Positions 61,003-64,000 of a stretch of 64,000 nucleotides of DNA are shown piece by piece. Below the pieces are notes generated by a model, which was given only the letters and a program-made list of their open reading frames with translations, did no database searches and was not told the origin of the DNA. Position 1 is the stretch's first letter. The number at the start of each line of letters is the position of its first letter. The stretch is from Candidatus Marinacidobacterales bacterium. GTDB taxonomy: Bacteria > Acidobacteriota > Vicinamibacteria > Marinacidobacterales > DATDRI01. Both the position numbers and the translations under genes were made by a program. The stretch spans positions 736,001 to 800,000 of the forward strand of contig OZ244742.1 of assembly GCA_965219415.1 (NCBI GenBank), read 5' to 3'.

Positions 61003-61362
61003 TCAGGCGCCGAGCGCCTGGCGCGCAACATCGGCCAGTTCGCGAAAAGCGGCTTCGTCCCGCACCGCAAGCTGGGCCAATTGCTTTCGATCGAGCCCCA
61101 CTTCCGCTTTGGCCAACCCATTCATGAACGTGCTGTAGGACAAATCGCACGAGCGGGCTGCCGCTCCGATGCGAATGATCCAAAGCCTGCGAAAATCACG
61201 CTTCCGTGCGCGCCGGTCTCGATACGCGTAGCCGAGCGCCTTGTCTACCGACTCCTTCGCAGAGCGGTACAACTTGCTCTTGGTGCCGCGATAGCCCTTG
61301 GCTAGTTTCAGGACCTTCTTTCGGCGCTGTCGACGATGTGTTCCACGTTTGACTCTAGGCAT
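61003..61362 (-). CDS. rplT: 50S ribosomal protein L20
   Basis: [26 protein letters not shown]. Confidence 0.97.
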   Translation of the reverse strand: MPRVKRGTHRRQRRKKVLKLAKGYRGTKSKLYRSAKESVDKALGYAYRDRRARKRDFRRLWIIRIGAAARSCDLSYSTFMNGLAKAEVGLDRKQLAQLAVRDEAAFRELADVARQALGA

Positions 61363-61464
61363 TTACTTGTTGCTCCGATATTGGTTCTTGGCCGCTCATC
61401 CCGTCCAGAGAAAAGCAGGCGCCATGTCGAAATTCCTTAGTGCCGACGTTCCAAGTTACGGATC

Positions 61465-61656
61465 TTAGCGAGGCAAGCGGTGCGCCAAGCCTCGCGCGTC
61501 GCCCTTGAAGACCAACCCTGCCTTGCGAAGCTTGCGCTTTCGCCGCGTAGTCTTCTTGGTAAGGATGTGGCTGCCATAAGCGTGTCCACGCTTGATCTTA
61601 CCGCTTGCTGTTTTGCGGAATCGCTTCGCGGCTCCGCGATGTGATTTCATTTTCAA
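61465..61656 (-). CDS. rpmI: 50S ribosomal protein L35
   Basis: [25 protein letters not shown]; TTG start after GGAG. Confidence 0.95.
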   Translation of the reverse strand: MKMKSHRGAAKRFRKTASGKIKRGHAYGSHILTKKTTRRKRKLRKAGLVFKGDARGLAHRLPR

Positions 61657-61691
61657 GAGTGCTTCTCCATTAATTAATGCGATTGGGGCCC

Positions 61692-61756
61692 CAGCCTTCG
61701 CGAAACGCTTCGGCTGGTCCCGCCGAAGTCTAGTGAATTCCTGGACGAAGGCGGAC
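61692..61756. repeat. REP-like intergenic palindrome, copy 2
   Basis: Minus strand CCGCCTTCGTC...GACTTCGGCGGGACCAGCCGAAGC...GAAGGCTG. Confidence 0.5.
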
Positions 61757-61779
61757 ACCTCCTCTTGTGAATCCTAGGC

Positions 61780-62352
61780 TCAGGCTTCGGCTTCCGCGGC
61801 CGGCGGAGCCTCGTCCTTCTGAGCCTTGAGCTTTTCCAGGACGGCCTTGCTCGGTACCAAAATGAGATACTTCTGATTGCCTTCCATCCTGGACCTCATT
61901 TCAAGCGTCGCTAGCTCTTCCAACTCTCCGATGAGCCGATTCAGGATCTTGTCCCCGAGCTCACCGTGAGAGCGCTCGCGCCCGCGAAACATGATCGTCG
62001 CTTTGACCTTGTTGCCCTCTTGGAGGAAGCGGGTGATGTGATTCTTCTTGAACTGATAGTCGTGCTCATCGATCTTCACCCTGAACTTTACCTCTTTGAC
62101 TTGTATCGTCCGTTGATGCTTCTTTGCCTCGTGCGCACGCTTGTTTCTTTGGTAAAGGTACTTGCCGAAGTTCATGATCCGGCAAACGGGGGGCCGTGCC
62201 GTCGCCACGATCTCGACCAAATCCAAATCCTTCTCCCGAGCCATCTTGAGCGCTTCCTCGGGAGGCATGATGCCGATTTGCGTTCCGTCCTCGTCGATTA
62301 ACCGGATCTCACGCACCCGGATCCGTTCGTTGACCCGGACCGATTTTTCGAT
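61780..62352 (-). CDS. infC: Translation initiation factor IF-3, ATC start
   Basis: SD GGAGGTG then ATC (62352) EKSVRVNERIR; DLVEI, PPVCRIM, KEVKFR, FRGRE. Confidence 0.95.
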   Translation of the reverse strand: MEKSVRVNERIRVREIRLIDEDGTQIGIMPPEEALKMAREKDLDLVEIVATARPPVCRIMNFGKYLYQRNKRAHEAKKHQRTIQVKEVKFRVKIDEHDYQFKKNHITRFLQEGNKVKATIMFRGRERSHGELGDKILNRLIGELEELATLEMRSRMEGNQKYLILVPSKAVLEKLKAQKDEAPPAAEAEA

Positions 62353-62387
62353 AGCTCACCTCCGCCTGAATGATGAATCCAACTGAA

Positions 62388-62422
62388 GACTACCGGGCTT
62401 CCCTTGAAAAGGGAAGATAGTC
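62388..62422 (-). promoter_or_regulatory. Hairpin in the infC leader
   Basis: GACTAt-CTTCCCT-tttca-AGGGAAG-cccgg-TAGTC. Confidence 0.4.
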
Positions 62423-62540
62423 CCTAAATTTAACCTCATTATGCCCGTCATGGCACCGCAATTCTACCGCCGTCTGACCACCTTGCATAGTGGCACGACA
62501 TCGTTTGACGGCCAAACCAATTCTAGCTGTCACGAGCTAG

Positions 62541-64000
62541 CTAGGGGGTAAGGGCCCGGCGCTCGACGAGATCCTTGGCCAGCTGGGAGAACTCCGAGAG
62601 GCCCATCGCCCCCTTGTCACCCTCGGTCCGATTCCTAACCGATAGGTTCTGAGCCTCCACTTCGCGATCCCCGAGCACCAGCATGAACGGAATCTTCTTC
62701 GACTGGGCATCCCGAATCTTGTAGCCGGTCTTCTCGCTGCGAGCGTCGAGTTTGGCCCTAATTCCTTCTTTACGGAGGGCTTCCGTCACTTGCCGGGCAT
62801 ATTCTGTATGCCGTTCTGCAATGGGGAGCACCACCGCTTGCACCGGGGCTAGCCAAAACGGAAAGGCCCCGCCGGTGTGCTCGATGAGCACCGCGACGAA
62901 TCGCTCGAAGGAGCCCAGGATGGCCCTATGAATGACGACCGGACGTTGGCGGCTCCCATCTTCAGCGGCGTAGTGCAGATCGAAGCGGTCGGCCTGAAAG
63001 AAATCCAGCTGGATGGTGGCGCACTGGTGCGAGCGGCCAAGGGCGCCTTTAACGTGAAAGTCTATCTTGGGCCCATAGAACGCCCCATCGCCGGGGTTCA
63101 TGCCGAACTCGCACTCCTTCCCCTCGAGCGCCTTCTGAAGAGCAGCTTCCGCCTCGTCCCACTGCTCGGCCGTTCCGATGGAGCTTTCCGGCCGGGTAGA
63201 GAGCTCGACCCGAGCCCCTTCGAACCCCATTTCGCCGTAGACCTCAAGGACCAGATCGATGAGGTCCTCGACCTCCGATTGGACCTGCTCCATGGTGCAG
63301 TAAATGTGGGCATCGTCCATGAGGAAAGCCCGCACCCGAGTGAGGCCGGACAGCACGCCGGAACGCTCAAATCGATGGCAATGTCCGAACTCCGCCAGCC
63401 GCAGGGGCAGATCTCGATACGATCGCAACTCGCTCTCGTAGACGATGGCCGCCCCGGGGCAGTTCATCGGCTTAATACCGAATCGAGTCGATTCAGTCTC
63501 GTCCCTCTCGACGAAATACATGTTGTCCTGGTAGTGATCCAGGTGGCCGGTCCGGCGCCATAGTTCCTCGTCTAAGATGAGCGGGGTACGGATCTCGAGG
63601 TAGTCGCGCCGCTCGAGCTTTTCTCGCATGTAGTCCATGAGCAGGTTCACGACGCGCCATCCGTTGGGTAGCCAAAACACTTGCCCTGGCGCATCGGTCA
63701 CGATGGTGAAGAGTCCCAACTCGCGCCCGAGCTTCCGATGGTCGCGTCGCTTGGCTTCCTCCACCCGGTGAAGATGCTCGTCCAGCTCTTTCTGATTGAA
63801 GAAGCTGGTCGCATGGATCCGCTGCATCGGCGCGTTGCTCTCATCGCCCTTCCAATACGCGCCGGAGCAACCGAGAACTTTTAGCGCTTTGACTTGGCCA
63901 CTCGAAGGAATATGGGGTCCCCGGCAAAAATCGAAAAACTTCCCCAACCAATAGCAGGAAACGACCGGTTCGCCTTTTTCCTCGACCAGCTCCAATTTGA
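62541..64000 (-). CDS. thrS: Threonyl-tRNA synthetase (N-terminus outside the window)
   Basis: DFCRGPH, RDHRKLG, KPMNCP, LTRVRAF..DDAH, GAFYGPKID, HRAILGSFERF. Confidence 0.97.
   Translation of the reverse strand, partial: KLELVEEKGEPVVSCYWLGKFFDFCRGPHIPSSGQVKALKVLGCSGAYWKGDESNAPMQRIHATSFFNQKELDEHLHRVEEAKRRDHRKLGRELGLFTIVTDAPGQVFWLPNGWRVVNLLMDYMREKLERRDYLEIRTPLILDEELWRRTGHLDHYQDNMYFVERDETESTRFGIKPMNCPGAAIVYESELRSYRDLPLRLAEFGHCHRFERSGVLSGLTRVRAFLMDDAHIYCTMEQVQSEVEDLIDLVLEVYGEMGFEGARVELSTRPESSIGTAEQWDEAEAALQKALEGKECEFGMNPGDGAFYGPKIDFHVKGALGRSHQCATIQLDFFQADRFDLHYAAEDGSRQRPVVIHRAILGSFERFVAVLIEHTGGAFPFWLAPVQAVVLPIAERHTEYARQVTEALRKEGIRAKLDARSEKTGYKIRDAQSKKIPFMLVLGDREVEAQNLSVRNRTEGDKGAMGLSEFSQLAKDLVERRALTP

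Noticed and set aside
1-64000. Many long alternative-frame and antisense ORFs (e.g. 21847-22917 +, 6598-7446 +, 37471-38424 +, 59190-60002 +)
   Set aside because: They shadow well-supported genes in GC-rich DNA and show no recognisable motifs.

Overview
GC-rich bacterial chromosome segment. The gene repertoire suggests Acidobacteriota, possibly Vicinamibacteria; this is an inference, not a database result. From left to right the window holds: (i) a damaged integron integrase with a likely attI at its 3' side, abutting a second, IS91-associated-type tyrosine recombinase cut by the window edge; (ii) a moxR-DUF58-batABCDE-hemW-ltaE operon; (iii) a mixed accessory block with a TPR protein, a heavy-metal-binding protein paired with a cytochrome c/monooxygenase-like protein, YbaK, HemQ-like, two BNR/VPS10 proteins and DUF3604; (iv) an ArgR-controlled argR-[DUF1611/DgcN-like]-argC-argB-argG-argH cluster with two tandem ARG-box operators; (v) a decayed region with intact-ended IS3 and ISL3 elements, a clear attC with cassette remnants, an ATP-grasp ligase and a ThiF-like enzyme; (vi) a sigma54-type PEP-CTERM gene and a glycan-modification cluster (amidotransferase, radical SAM, acyltransferase, epimerase, GT2) interrupted by two paralogous lipoproteins; (vii) gatCA, thiL, 6S RNA, zapA/zapB-like, rplT-rpmI-infC and thrS. 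Many accessory genes are frameshifted or internally deleted. The best leads are the DUF1611-like gene standing where argA/argJ would be expected, and the integron whose attI appears occupied by a recombinase-bearing mobile element. No CRISPR, tRNA or rRNA was recognised by eye.
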